Position numbers and translations under genes: made by a program. A stretch of DNA of 30,413 nucleotides from Thermoplasmata archaeon. GTDB taxonomy: Archaea > Thermoplasmatota > Thermoplasmata > RBG-16-68-12. Positions 16,017-24,608 of the stretch are shown piece by piece (position 1 is the first letter of the stretch; each line of letters opens with the position of its first letter). The DNA is taken from the NCBI GenBank assembly GCA_033852515.1, contig JAWOML010000001.1, positions 1-30,413 of the forward strand, given 5' to 3'. The notes under the pieces are model-generated. The model was not told where the DNA came from. It was given only the letters and a program-made list of their open reading frames with translations, and ran no database searches.

Positions 16017-17630
16017 GTGCAGGTGTTCACGCGGCGGGCTTCGGGGCTCGTCCGGGTGATGTCGCCGTACTCGGCGTTCGCGTACAACATCCTGAACATT
16101 GGGGTCATCTTTCCGTGGGTGTACATCGGGACCATTTTCCTATACCCCGATGCGAGCGTCTGGGGCGGAATCGTCATCTGCGGTATCTTCACCGCGTTCC
16201 TCGCGGTGGTATACGCAGGCCTCGCGTCCGCCATGCCGCGTACCGGAGGCGACTACGTGTTCCAGAGTCGGACGTTACGACCCTGGTTCGGTTTCGCCAC
16301 CGTGGCGATGATGATCATCACGTTCTTCATGCAATGGCAGGCGCTGGCTGGGTGGCTCACGTCCATCTTAGGCATGTATCCCTTGATCACGGGTTTGGGC
16401 GTGACCATGAACAACGCGACCCTCATCTCATGGGGCGCGTGGTTCGCGACCCCGTGGGGCATCACGATCACCTCCTGGGTCTTCTCCACAATCGCGGCGC
16501 TCGTGTTGATCAAGAGCTTCCGCTGGTTCGTCCAAATCCAATGGGTCATGTGGTACGGCTTCCTGCTGAGCTTCGGCCTCATGGTCATCCTGTTCTTCCT
16601 AACCCCCACCACGACGTTCATCGCCCGGTACGACCACGCGGCCCAGTTGATCAACAACGCCGCGCCGGGCGCCTACCAGGGCGTCCTTCCTGCCGCCATC
16701 GCGACAGGTTTCTCCCCGGCCACGACGATCACGTTCGCGAGCACGCTGCTCGTGGTCCCGGTGGCCCTCACGAGCCTGGGCTGGGTCGGATACGCGCAGG
16801 AGCAGGCCGGTGAGATCCAGGGCGCTCAGAGCCTCCGCAACCAGATGTTCATCAACTTCGGTGGCGGCATCGTGAGCATGGTCATGATGGCCGTCCTCGC
16901 GTACGCGATGCTGGCGACCGTGGACCAGAACTGGCTTGCGGCCTCCGTCTACTTGGGCAACGCGGCACCCATTCTCCCCTGGTTCAGTACGCTGGCGATG
17001 ATGCTCACGGACAACCCGATCATCCTGTTCCTCATGATCATCGGGATTCTGCTCAACGCGATCCAGATCGTCTTCAACGTGATTGTCGGCTGGACCCGCG
17101 TCGCCGTAGCCATGTCCATCGACGGAGTGCTTCCCAAGATTGTGAGCCAGGTGAGCCCGCGGACCCACACGCCCGTGTTTGCGCACGTGATCTTCCTGAT
17201 CCTGGGCGGGTACGTGTTCTCCGCGGTCTACAACCTCGTGCCGGGTTACGTGACCTACACGTTGGCCGTCACCGCCGTGGCGACCGTGATGTACATCGGG
17301 ACGGCGGTCGGCGGCGCCGTGTTCCCCTGGACGCGGAAGGAGGTCTACCGGACGGCACCCATCTCGAAGTACAAGATTGGCCCCATCCCGCTGATCACGA
17401 TCTGCGGGGTCATCGCGGCAGTCTTCAGCGCGTGGATGCTGTACGACTTCCTCGCCTATCCGTTCCTGGTCGGGATCGACTGGACCAAGGGGGTCAGCGG
17501 GAACTCGTTCCTGATCGCGGTCGTCGCGATCTTCGCCTTCTGGGTCGCCTACTACTTCATCCGCCGGGCGTACCTGAAGCGGATCGGGATCGACCTGGAT
17601 CTCGCGTACAAGGAGGTCCCGCCGATCTAG
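16017..17630 (+). CDS. APC-superfamily amino acid/polyamine permease, copy 1 (possible earlier start at ACG 15960)
   Basis: VFTRRASGLVR, AMPRTGGDYVF, GYAQEQAGEI, RVAVAMSIDGVLPK..S.VSPRTHTP, C-terminal LAYKEVPPI; about 12 TM. Confidence 0.9.
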   Translation: MQVFTRRASGLVRVMSPYSAFAYNILNIGVIFPWVYIGTIFLYPDASVWGGIVICGIFTAFLAVVYAGLASAMPRTGGDYVFQSRTLRPWFGFATVAMMIITFFMQWQALAGWLTSILGMYPLITGLGVTMNNATLISWGAWFATPWGITITSWVFSTIAALVLIKSFRWFVQIQWVMWYGFLLSFGLMVILFFLTPTTTFIARYDHAAQLINNAAPGAYQGVLPAAIATGFSPATTITFASTLLVVPVALTSLGWVGYAQEQAGEIQGAQSLRNQMFINFGGGIVSMVMMAVLAYAMLATVDQNWLAASVYLGNAAPILPWFSTLAMMLTDNPIILFLMIIGILLNAIQIVFNVIVGWTRVAVAMSIDGVLPKIVSQVSPRTHTPVFAHVIFLILGGYVFSAVYNLVPGYVTYTLAVTAVATVMYIGTAVGGAVFPWTRKEVYRTAPISKYKIGPIPLITICGVIAAVFSAWMLYDFLAYPFLVGIDWTKGVSGNSFLIAVVAIFAFWVAYYFIRRAYLKRIGIDLDLAYKEVPPI

Positions 17631-17651
17631 GGGCCACGAGGGACCACTCAC

Positions 17652-17675
17652 GGGCGGGTCGGACTCGGCCCGCCC
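17652..17675. terminator. 9-bp GC hairpin between the convergent permease and phosphoesterase genes
   Basis: GGGCGGGTC-GGACTC-GGCCCGCCC. No clear U-tract, so function is uncertain. Confidence 0.35.
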
Positions 17676-17678
17676 CTC

Positions 17679-18662
17679 TTAGCCCGATGTGAACTGGTAG
17701 CTCAGTACCTTGTCTCGCTCCAGGTTGATGATCACGCCCCGGAGCGTGCCCGAGGTGTACTCGGACCCCGGGTCCACGAGGACGCTCTTCTTGATCTTCG
17801 TCGCGTTCTTCGTCTCGTGGATGTGCCCGTGGAGGCCTAGGAGGGGCTGGTGCTCCTCGATTGCCTGGCGAACCGAAGTGCTCCCGACGGGGATGAGGAC
17901 CTGCTGGCCACCCTGGGTCACGGGTCGCGGTGGATCCTTGGTCGCGTCCAGCTTGGGCGCGATGTCGAGCCCCGTCTCATACGGAGGCACGTGCATGAGG
18001 TAGATCGCGTGCGCGGGGTCCTCGACCTTGTTGAGCAGCGGGCTCAGGCGCCTCGCGAGTTCGTCCTCCTCGAGCTCCCGCGGGGTCTTCCAGGGCGAGG
18101 GATTGGTCCACCCGAAGCCGAGGAGCTCGTGGTCCTCGTCGAACCGGACGACCTGCTCATCCACGTAGTGGACGTGGGGCGTGGACATCGCCTTCGCCAG
18201 GGCCTCCGCCTTGTCGTCGTTGCCGCCGATCCAGTACAGGGGGATGCCCAAGGGCGCGAGGTGCTTCTCGGCCATCTCCGTCCAGCGGTGGATTTCGTCG
18301 ATCATCCGCTCGGTGAAGAGTTCCTCGACCCTCTTGGGGTTCGCCCGCAGCGCGTCGTACTCCTCCTGGGTCAGGCGGACGGGGTAGGGCCCCGAGTTCG
18401 CGATGTCCTGCTCGATGGGACCCAGCTGGGCCTCGGTGAGGTGTTCGCGCAGCTGGCCCGAGAGCCGCGTGGAGTAGGTCCCGTCCTTCTGCTTCACGAT
18501 GGGGGTAATCGTCTTCGCGGTGAGGTCCCCGCCCATCATCAGGGCGTCTACGTCGTAGAACTTCGCGGCTCCGAGGAACTTGCGGAAGGTGATCTCCGAG
18601 CCGTGGATGTCCACGGCGAGGAAGATACGCTTGAATTTCCTCTTCGATGAGCCGAAGGGCAT
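17679..18662 (-). CDS. Calcineurin-like metallophosphoesterase (Icc-related type), copy 1
   Basis: DIHGS, GGDL, GGNDD, MHVPP, LHGHIHE. Paralog of 23265-24221. ATG 18662 preferred. Confidence 0.9.
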   Translation of the reverse strand: MPFGSSKRKFKRIFLAVDIHGSEITFRKFLGAAKFYDVDALMMGGDLTAKTITPIVKQKDGTYSTRLSGQLREHLTEAQLGPIEQDIANSGPYPVRLTQEEYDALRANPKRVEELFTERMIDEIHRWTEMAEKHLAPLGIPLYWIGGNDDKAEALAKAMSTPHVHYVDEQVVRFDEDHELLGFGWTNPSPWKTPRELEEDELARRLSPLLNKVEDPAHAIYLMHVPPYETGLDIAPKLDATKDPPRPVTQGGQQVLIPVGSTSVRQAIEEHQPLLGLHGHIHETKNATKIKKSVLVDPGSEYTSGTLRGVIINLERDKVLSYQFTSG

Positions 18663-18738
18663 CGGGTCAAAGGGGGGACGCAAGCGAACCGCTTAGCCTT
18701 TTGGGCCTGCCTCCGGTGGCGACGACAGACCATCCGAT

Positions 18739-19572
18739 CTACCGTCGGCGGGCGGCTCTCGTTCTCCGACCCTGTGGCCGCCTTCCCGCGGGCGGCCGGA
18801 CGCTCATCCGGGCATCCGTTCGTAGGTGGTTGTACGGGCTCGGGTGCTGGGCTTCGGCCATCTCGGTAAACGGAATCTCGAGGACCCGGGTCTCTTCGTC
18901 GGGGCCCAACGTAGCCACCATCCCCCAGGGGCCCGACAGGCAGGACTGACCGGGGAAGAACGCTCCCCGCTCCCGCCCCGTCCGATTGGCAACGGTCACG
19001 CAAATGCCGTTCGCGTAGGCGCTCGCCAGGGCGAGGAACGCGTGGGGTTCTAGCCCATGGCTGGGCCCGTGGGCGTCCCGCGCCCATGCGGTCGGTGCGA
19101 GGATGAGCTCTGCCCCCTTTCGCGCCAAGAACGTGGCGAGTTCGGGGAACTGCAGGTCGTAGCAGACCTCAATCCCGATCTTCCGACCCTCAAACTCGAT
19201 GAGGCAGGGCCGGCGTCCCTCCTCGAACAGGAGCTTTTCCCGGCTCCACAGGTGGATCTTCCGATACACGCTGGTGCCATCCGGACCGACGGCATATGCG
19301 GCATTGTGGAATCGGCCGCCAGCCTGTTCCGCGAACCCCCCGACGATGAGCTTCCCGGTTCGCGCGCTGAGTTTCTCCAGGGGCTCGAGCGCGTCCGGCG
19401 TGTCGGTGTATGGGGCGATCTCCTTGGAATTCTCGTACATGTAGCCGCAGCTCGAGAGCTCCGGGAACAGCACGATGTCCGCGGGGCTCCGCTCGGCCCA
19501 AGCTCGGATCCGTTTCCAGTTCTCCTCGCGCCCCGGGAAGGCCGGTGCGAACTGGACCACCTCGAGCCTCAC
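18739..19572 (-). CDS. Carbon-nitrogen hydrolase (nitrilase superfamily amidase)
   Basis: Catalytic triad motifs LFPEL, YRKIHL, VCYDLQFPE; ANRTG.E. Confidence 0.92.
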   Translation of the reverse strand: MRLEVVQFAPAFPGREENWKRIRAWAERSPADIVLFPELSSCGYMYENSKEIAPYTDTPDALEPLEKLSARTGKLIVGGFAEQAGGRFHNAAYAVGPDGTSVYRKIHLWSREKLLFEEGRRPCLIEFEGRKIGIEVCYDLQFPELATFLARKGAELILAPTAWARDAHGPSHGLEPHAFLALASAYANGICVTVANRTGRERGAFFPGQSCLSGPWGMVATLGPDEETRVLEIPFTEMAEAQHPSPYNHLRTDARMSVRPPAGRRPQGRRTRAARRR

Positions 19573-19628
19573 GTCGCGGCAGAACGGATCACGCCGAGAT
19601 GAAGCTTCGGGCCCCCGATCATTGTCTC

Positions 19629-19650
19629 ATTCGTCGACAAGTCGACGAAT
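19629..19650. promoter_or_regulatory. Perfect 10-2-10 inverted repeat, candidate operator in the amidase/permease divergon
   Basis: ATTCGTCGAC-AA-GTCGACGAAT, upstream of TATA-like TTTAGGTA and AAGATATA. Confidence 0.5.
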
Positions 19651-19839
19651 CGAGCAGGGTGCGTTTAGGTAACCCGAAAGCAAGATATACCGACCACCGC
19701 CGTGACCGGCCCGTGGGCGGGGGAGGTCGCACTGCACCACATTCACCTCAGCGACCGCTCCGCGCGGTGAGGGGGGCGCTCCGAACTCGGAGGCTGTCCG
19801 CCCTCGACCCGGGGAAGGACTTGTGCTTGGGGGAAGGCT

Positions 19840-21501
19840 ATGGCTGCTGAAACGGTCACGGAAGAGAAGACCGTCTTCGCGCGGAAGACGAGTGGGCTCG
19901 TCAAGGAACTCGGAGCGTTCGACTCGTTCTCCATCAATCTGATCTCGCTGGGACCGGGACCCGCCTTCGCGCTGTTCCTGACCATCATGGTCTTCGTCCC
20001 CGGCGTGAACCTGCTGTGGGCCACGCTGGCCGCGGCCCTTGTGGGCGTACCCGTGGTCGCGAGCTACGCAATCATGGCCATCGAACTTCCGCGCTCCGGC
20101 GGGGAGTACGTCTATCCGTCGCGCCTCCTCCATCCGTACTTCGGCATCGTCTCCGGCGTCGCGCGAATGACCAACGTGGTCGTGTACGCCGCCGTGCTCC
20201 CCTTCTGGTTCTCCACGCTCGTCGTGGGACCCGGGCTGGCGAGCTGGGGTGCGCTGGCCAACAACTCGGGCTTCTTCGACCTCGGCAACTCGCTCACGCT
20301 GTTCAGCCCGACGCAGAACAACCTGTCCATCGTCATCATCGGCGAGATCGCGACCTTCGTCCTCATGGCCCTCTACGTCGTAATGAAGCCGCGGCTCGCG
20401 TTCAACCTGTTTTCGGCCCTTCTCATTCTGGAGCTCATCGGGCTCGTCCTGTCCCTCGTGCTCCTCCTCGGCATTGGCCACACCGGGTTCGTGAACGCGG
20501 TCAACAGCTACATGGGCGGCCAGGGCTACACGGGTAACTACTACCAGGACACCTCCGCATACGGCGCATCCCAGTTCGGGACATACGGCTCCGTCCTCGG
20601 GAACACGCTGATCTTCATCCCCCTGGTGTTCGCGTTCTACTACATGTTCACGACGGCGCCGAACTACATCGCGGGCGAGTTCCAGCGTTCCTCGCGGAGC
20701 ATCCGTCTCGGCATGACGGCGTCCTACATCCTGTCCATCGTCTTCGCGGCGGCCATCGTGCTGACCTTCGAGCAGGTCGTGGGCATGGACTTCCTGAACG
20801 GATCCGTCTGGACGTCCCTCTACTTCGCTCCTGGGAACACGGGACCGACCCCAATGCCCTTCGCGCCCGGGCTCGTATCGATTCCCATGATGGCGGCCGG
20901 CGGCAACAACGTGGTCTTGGCGCTCATCTTCCTCGGCGGGGCGTCCTGGTACCTCCTCTGGATGATCCTGGGTTTCTACATTTTCTCCCGCTACGCCCTG
21001 AGTTTCAGCCTGGACCGGATGTTCCCGAAGGCCCTCAGCGCCGTGAGCCGACGGACCCATTCCCCGTGGGCGGGCATCGTCGTCCTTTCTGTGATTGGCG
21101 CGATTCTCCTGCCCCTGGTGGCCTATGACTACTCGACCGTCTACGACCCGCTGATCTACCTCCTCTTCTTCCTCCCCATGATCACGGTAAGCCTGACGTC
21201 GCTCTCCCTCGTGCGCCTGGGGATGCAGAAGCACAAGGCTTCGTATGCTGCCGTGGGCGTGATTTCGTTCCTGGCTACCGCCGTGTCCGCGTACCTGGTG
21301 TCCACCCTGCCCCTCTTGGGGGCCGCCGCATCCGCCGGGGTCGTAAAGGGGTTCACCCTCTCGAACCAGGTCACGAGCTACGTGGCCATCCTGGGCATCC
21401 TGATCGGGAGCGCGATCTGGTACTTCGTGGCCCGGGCATACAGCCTGCGGCGCCACGGTGTGGACGTGGCCATGGCGTTCAAGCAGCTGCCGCCGGACTG
21501 A
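19840..21501 (+). CDS. APC-superfamily amino acid/polyamine permease, copy 2
   Basis: VFARKTSGLVKE, ELPRSGGEYVY, NYIAGEF, SRYALSFSLDRMFPK..S.VSRRTHSP, C-terminal MAFKQLPPD. Confidence 0.9.
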   Translation: MAAETVTEEKTVFARKTSGLVKELGAFDSFSINLISLGPGPAFALFLTIMVFVPGVNLLWATLAAALVGVPVVASYAIMAIELPRSGGEYVYPSRLLHPYFGIVSGVARMTNVVVYAAVLPFWFSTLVVGPGLASWGALANNSGFFDLGNSLTLFSPTQNNLSIVIIGEIATFVLMALYVVMKPRLAFNLFSALLILELIGLVLSLVLLLGIGHTGFVNAVNSYMGGQGYTGNYYQDTSAYGASQFGTYGSVLGNTLIFIPLVFAFYYMFTTAPNYIAGEFQRSSRSIRLGMTASYILSIVFAAAIVLTFEQVVGMDFLNGSVWTSLYFAPGNTGPTPMPFAPGLVSIPMMAAGGNNVVLALIFLGGASWYLLWMILGFYIFSRYALSFSLDRMFPKALSAVSRRTHSPWAGIVVLSVIGAILLPLVAYDYSTVYDPLIYLLFFLPMITVSLTSLSLVRLGMQKHKASYAAVGVISFLATAVSAYLVSTLPLLGAAASAGVVKGFTLSNQVTSYVAILGILIGSAIWYFVARAYSLRRHGVDVAMAFKQLPPD

Positions 21502-21523
21502 GCCCGCCGGAGGAAGTCGGACC

Positions 21524-22474
21524 GTGACCGAGCCGCTCGACGCCGCAGGCTCCCCGCGATTCGCGCAGGTTGCCACGTACGGGCGGCTCCCCTTGACGCA
21601 GGACCTTTCCCATGCCGAAAGTGCCTTCGTGGGCATCCCGTGGGACGACGCGACGAGCTACCGGAGCGGCGCACGCGAGGGGCCTTCTGCGATTCGGACC
21701 GCGTCCCGTCTCGTCCGCCCGTACAACATGTTCGCGGACGTGTATCCGTTCCGCATCCTGGACACCGTCGACTGGGGCGACGTGGACCCGGTCCCCGGAT
21801 ACACGGAGGACACGTTCGAACGAATCCAGAAAGCCCTCACACCCATGTTCGGGGCCGGAATCGTCCCGTTCATTGCCGGCGGCGACCACTCGATCACGCT
21901 CCCCATCCTCCGGTCCCGCAGGGCCGGCGCCAAGGAGCCCGCGAGCCTCATCCATTTCGACGCGCACTTCGATACCTGGGAATCGTACTGGGGAACCAAG
22001 CGGTACACGCACGGCACCTGGGTGAAGCGCGCCTACGAGGAGGGACTCATCTCCAAGGGCCACGTGTTCCAGGTGGGGATTCGCAGTTCCCTGTACCACC
22101 ACGAGGATGTCCCGAACAACGCCGCCATCGTGGACCGGACGTTCACGTCGGAGGACGTGGACTCCCAGGGCTACGCCGCGATCATGGACCACATCGTCCG
22201 CGCCATCGGCGACGCGCCCGCGTACGTCTCCGTGGACATCGATGTCCTGGATCCCGCCTTCGCGCCGGGGACGGGGACGCCGGAGTCGGGCGGCCTGACC
22301 TCCCGCGAAATGATTCACTTCGTCCGGGACCTGAAGCGCCTCAACGTGATCGGCTTCGACGTGGTCGAGGTGGCACCCCAATACGACCATACGGGTCAGG
22401 TGACCGCCCTCGCCGCCTCCAACCTCCTCTACGAGGCCATGTGCGCGGTCGCGGTCCGTCGAAGCAAGAAGTAG
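21524..22474 (+). CDS. speB: Agmatinase-family ureohydrolase
   Basis: SGAREGPSAIR, GGDHS, HFDAHFD, THGT, SVDIDVLDPAFAPGTGTP, FDVVEVAP. GTG 21524 with SD GGAGG at 21509-21513. Family is secure; exact substrate is not. Confidence 0.85.
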   Translation: MTEPLDAAGSPRFAQVATYGRLPLTQDLSHAESAFVGIPWDDATSYRSGAREGPSAIRTASRLVRPYNMFADVYPFRILDTVDWGDVDPVPGYTEDTFERIQKALTPMFGAGIVPFIAGGDHSITLPILRSRRAGAKEPASLIHFDAHFDTWESYWGTKRYTHGTWVKRAYEEGLISKGHVFQVGIRSSLYHHEDVPNNAAIVDRTFTSEDVDSQGYAAIMDHIVRAIGDAPAYVSVDIDVLDPAFAPGTGTPESGGLTSREMIHFVRDLKRLNVIGFDVVEVAPQYDHTGQVTALAASNLLYEAMCAVAVRRSKK

Positions 22475-22475
22475 C

Positions 22476-23261
22476 CTAGCGGACCTCGTCCACTTCCTCG
22501 TACCACGGGAGCGCCGTCCCCTTCGCGCTGCGCTTCTCCCACCGCCGGCTCTTCGGCAGGCCGGCGAGGAAGGCCCGGTAGTGGGCGAGTCGGTCCCCGG
22601 CCCGCGCGAGCGCGGGCACGAGGTCCCCCTCCGCCGTGGCGGCGAGCTGCGGCAGCATCTCCTGGGCCTTGCGAAGGTTCTGATCCACGTCGTACCACAG
22701 GCCCCAGTCGTTGCCCAGCAGGTCGGTCAGATACTCGCGGTCCAATCGGTCTAGGGGTACCGCGCACACGAAGGCGGCGAGATCGATCCAGTCCCTGGGC
22801 GTGGACTTGTGGATCTGGGCCTTGGCAAGGAACAGGTCCTCGGGCGCCAGGGTCATCCCTGGAGGGAGCCGGCCCTTGATCGGGATTTCGTGGCTGAAAC
22901 GGAGGGTGTCGTAGAACACATCGATGTCGAAGTGCGGGTGGTAGTAGATGTTGCGGTACATGCCGAAGAGGCTGTTCGTCTCCGTGTCCTCTCGGTAGCC
23001 GAGCTCCCGCACGAAGAGCTTGTAGATGTCGTGGGACTTCTTCTCGAGGCTCGCCAGGTCCAGGTCCTTGAACCGCGGCTCGCCGTCCCCGTCCCCGTTC
23101 CGGCGGCGGTAGAGGGCCCGGGCGAGCGGATCGCCGCGGACGTGGTAGTACAGCCCCACGCTCCCACACATCCGGAGCGGAATCCCGCGCTCCGACGCAC
23201 GCGCGAGCAGCTGCTCGACCTCCGAGAGGAACTGGTTCTCGGGGAGGCGGACGTCGGCCAT
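22476..23261 (-). CDS. Pol-beta-superfamily nucleotidyltransferase-like protein, copy 2
   Basis: LRMCGS...DLDL...DIDVF; DWGLWY; WEKRSAKGTALPWYEEVDEV. Lies 3 nt downstream of phosphoesterase copy 2. Confidence 0.75.
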   Translation of the reverse strand: MADVRLPENQFLSEVEQLLARASERGIPLRMCGSVGLYYHVRGDPLARALYRRRNGDGDGEPRFKDLDLASLEKKSHDIYKLFVRELGYREDTETNSLFGMYRNIYYHPHFDIDVFYDTLRFSHEIPIKGRLPPGMTLAPEDLFLAKAQIHKSTPRDWIDLAAFVCAVPLDRLDREYLTDLLGNDWGLWYDVDQNLRKAQEMLPQLAATAEGDLVPALARAGDRLAHYRAFLAGLPKSRRWEKRSAKGTALPWYEEVDEVR

Positions 23262-23264
23262 GGC

Positions 23265-24221
23265 CTACCCCGTGACGAAGAGGTGGGCGGCCACGTCGGG
23301 CCCGTCCAGGTCGATCAGGAGGCCTTGCAGGTTGCCGCTGAAGTAGGCGCTCCCGGGGTTGTACACGCGCGTGCCCGCGACCTCGTCGATCCCTTTGGAC
23401 TCGTGGATGTGGCCATGGAGCCCGACCGCGGGGCGGAGGGACTCGATGAGCTGCCGCACGGACGTTGAGCCGACGTGGTCGAGGAGGATCTCGCCGCGGA
23501 CCGTCTTGGGACGGAAGTCCTCGTCCAGCTGGGGTGCGAGATCCAGGCTCGTGTCCTTGGGCGGCGCGTGGATGTCCAGGATCGTCTGTCGCGGGTTGTC
23601 GATTTGGGTGGACGTCTTGTCGAGGAACTTCTGGAGTTCGGGCTCCTCAAGGTCCCGCGGACAGTGCCACGGCGTCATGTTGGCGTAGCCACAGCCAAAG
23701 ATTTCGTAAGGCCCGGCGCGGACGACCTGACCTTCCGGGATGAGGAGGTTCGGAGGCGCCTCCGCCTTCAGGATCTGGAGTACGTCGTCCGTGTCGTCGT
23801 TCCCGACGTTCATCACGATGGGGATGCCGGTGGGCGTGAGGCGTTCCTGGACGAGCCGAATCCACGTGCGGACGCGCTCGTGGGCGAGCTGCATGAAGAG
23901 CGCGTTCATGGCATCAGGGTTGCCGCTCATCCGCCGCCATTCCTCGGGCGTCATGATCGCGGAGTAGCGCCCCTGGTCCGCGATGGCGCGCCGGACCTTG
24001 GGAAGTTCCTCCTTCTGAATGTGGGCTGGCGTCCGATCGTGCGGGAACCAGCGGTACCCGTTACCGTCCTCGGGGAAGATAGGGACGAGCATCTTGCCCA
24101 TGATGTCCCCCCCGTAGACCAACAGGTCCGGATGGTAGACCGCGGTCGAATTGAGGAACTTGCGGAAGCAGACCTCGGACCCGTGGAGGTCGCTGACGAA
24201 GAGGATCCGATAGCGACCCAC
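23265..24221 (-). CDS. Calcineurin-like metallophosphoesterase, copy 2
   Basis: DLHGS, GGDI, VGNDD, IHAPP, LHGHIHE. GTG 24221 lies about 25 nt from TATA-like GCTATATT (24251-24244), consistent with a leaderless start. Confidence 0.9.
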   Translation of the reverse strand: MGRYRILFVSDLHGSEVCFRKFLNSTAVYHPDLLVYGGDIMGKMLVPIFPEDGNGYRWFPHDRTPAHIQKEELPKVRRAIADQGRYSAIMTPEEWRRMSGNPDAMNALFMQLAHERVRTWIRLVQERLTPTGIPIVMNVGNDDTDDVLQILKAEAPPNLLIPEGQVVRAGPYEIFGCGYANMTPWHCPRDLEEPELQKFLDKTSTQIDNPRQTILDIHAPPKDTSLDLAPQLDEDFRPKTVRGEILLDHVGSTSVRQLIESLRPAVGLHGHIHESKGIDEVAGTRVYNPGSAYFSGNLQGLLIDLDGPDVAAHLFVTG

Positions 24222-24357
24222 GTCACTGCGAACCACGCCCCGGAATATAGCTTTGCGCACCCTCTTTCGGTGCACCGAAAAGCCCCGGTATCGATCCGTG
24301 ACGTGGGGTCCCCATGGCGTGGTGGGCTTTTACCACCCTCGTTCCTTCTCCCCCTCG

Positions 24358-24600
24358 ATGCATGGGCGCAGCTGGAAGCACGCCTCTCCGGACGCGCTGC
24401 ACCGGGTGCGCGCTCTCCTGATTCGTCGGGGTGGCGTCGAGGACCGGGAGCTGTCGAATCCTCACGAGCTCTGGCGGGTGCGGATCGAACGCGTGGTCTT
24501 CACAGCGTACACCAGCGGCACGCTGTACTGCAGCGGTGGAAACCTTCCGGAGCTGTCCTTCCTGTATACGTCGATCTCGCAGTCCCTAGGCGTCCCCTGA
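24358..24600 (+). CDS. 80-aa protein resembling a standalone TBP-like (RNase HIII N-terminal type) domain
   Basis: LWRVRIERVVFTAYTSGTLYCSG resembles the hTAYxSGKhhhQG signature. TATA-like CTTTTA about 27 nt before ATG 24358. Confidence 0.6.
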   Translation: MHGRSWKHASPDALHRVRALLIRRGGVEDRELSNPHELWRVRIERVVFTAYTSGTLYCSGGNLPELSFLYTSISQSLGVP

Positions 24601-24608
24601 GCCGTCGG

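Noticed and set aside
17632-17649. 17-of-18-nt match to the reverse complement of 4218-4234
   Set aside because: Matches of this length are expected by chance in a 30-kb GC-rich window, and there is no functional logic.
19690-19839. Known guanidine riboswitch upstream of the permease-ureohydrolase genes
   Set aside because: Lacks the ykkC 3' motif, paired ACGR hairpins and the guanidine-III pattern; kept only as an unclassified leader.
14918-23261. NTases as CBASS or MNT-HEPN toxin-antitoxin components
   Set aside because: No HEPN, effector, Cap or AbiE partner nearby. The proteins are much longer than MNTs and the context is transport and catabolism.
12357-24600. Genomic island integrated at the tRNA-Thr 3' end
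   Set aside because: No integrase or transposase, no repeat of the tRNA 3' end found in the window, and no obvious compositional break.
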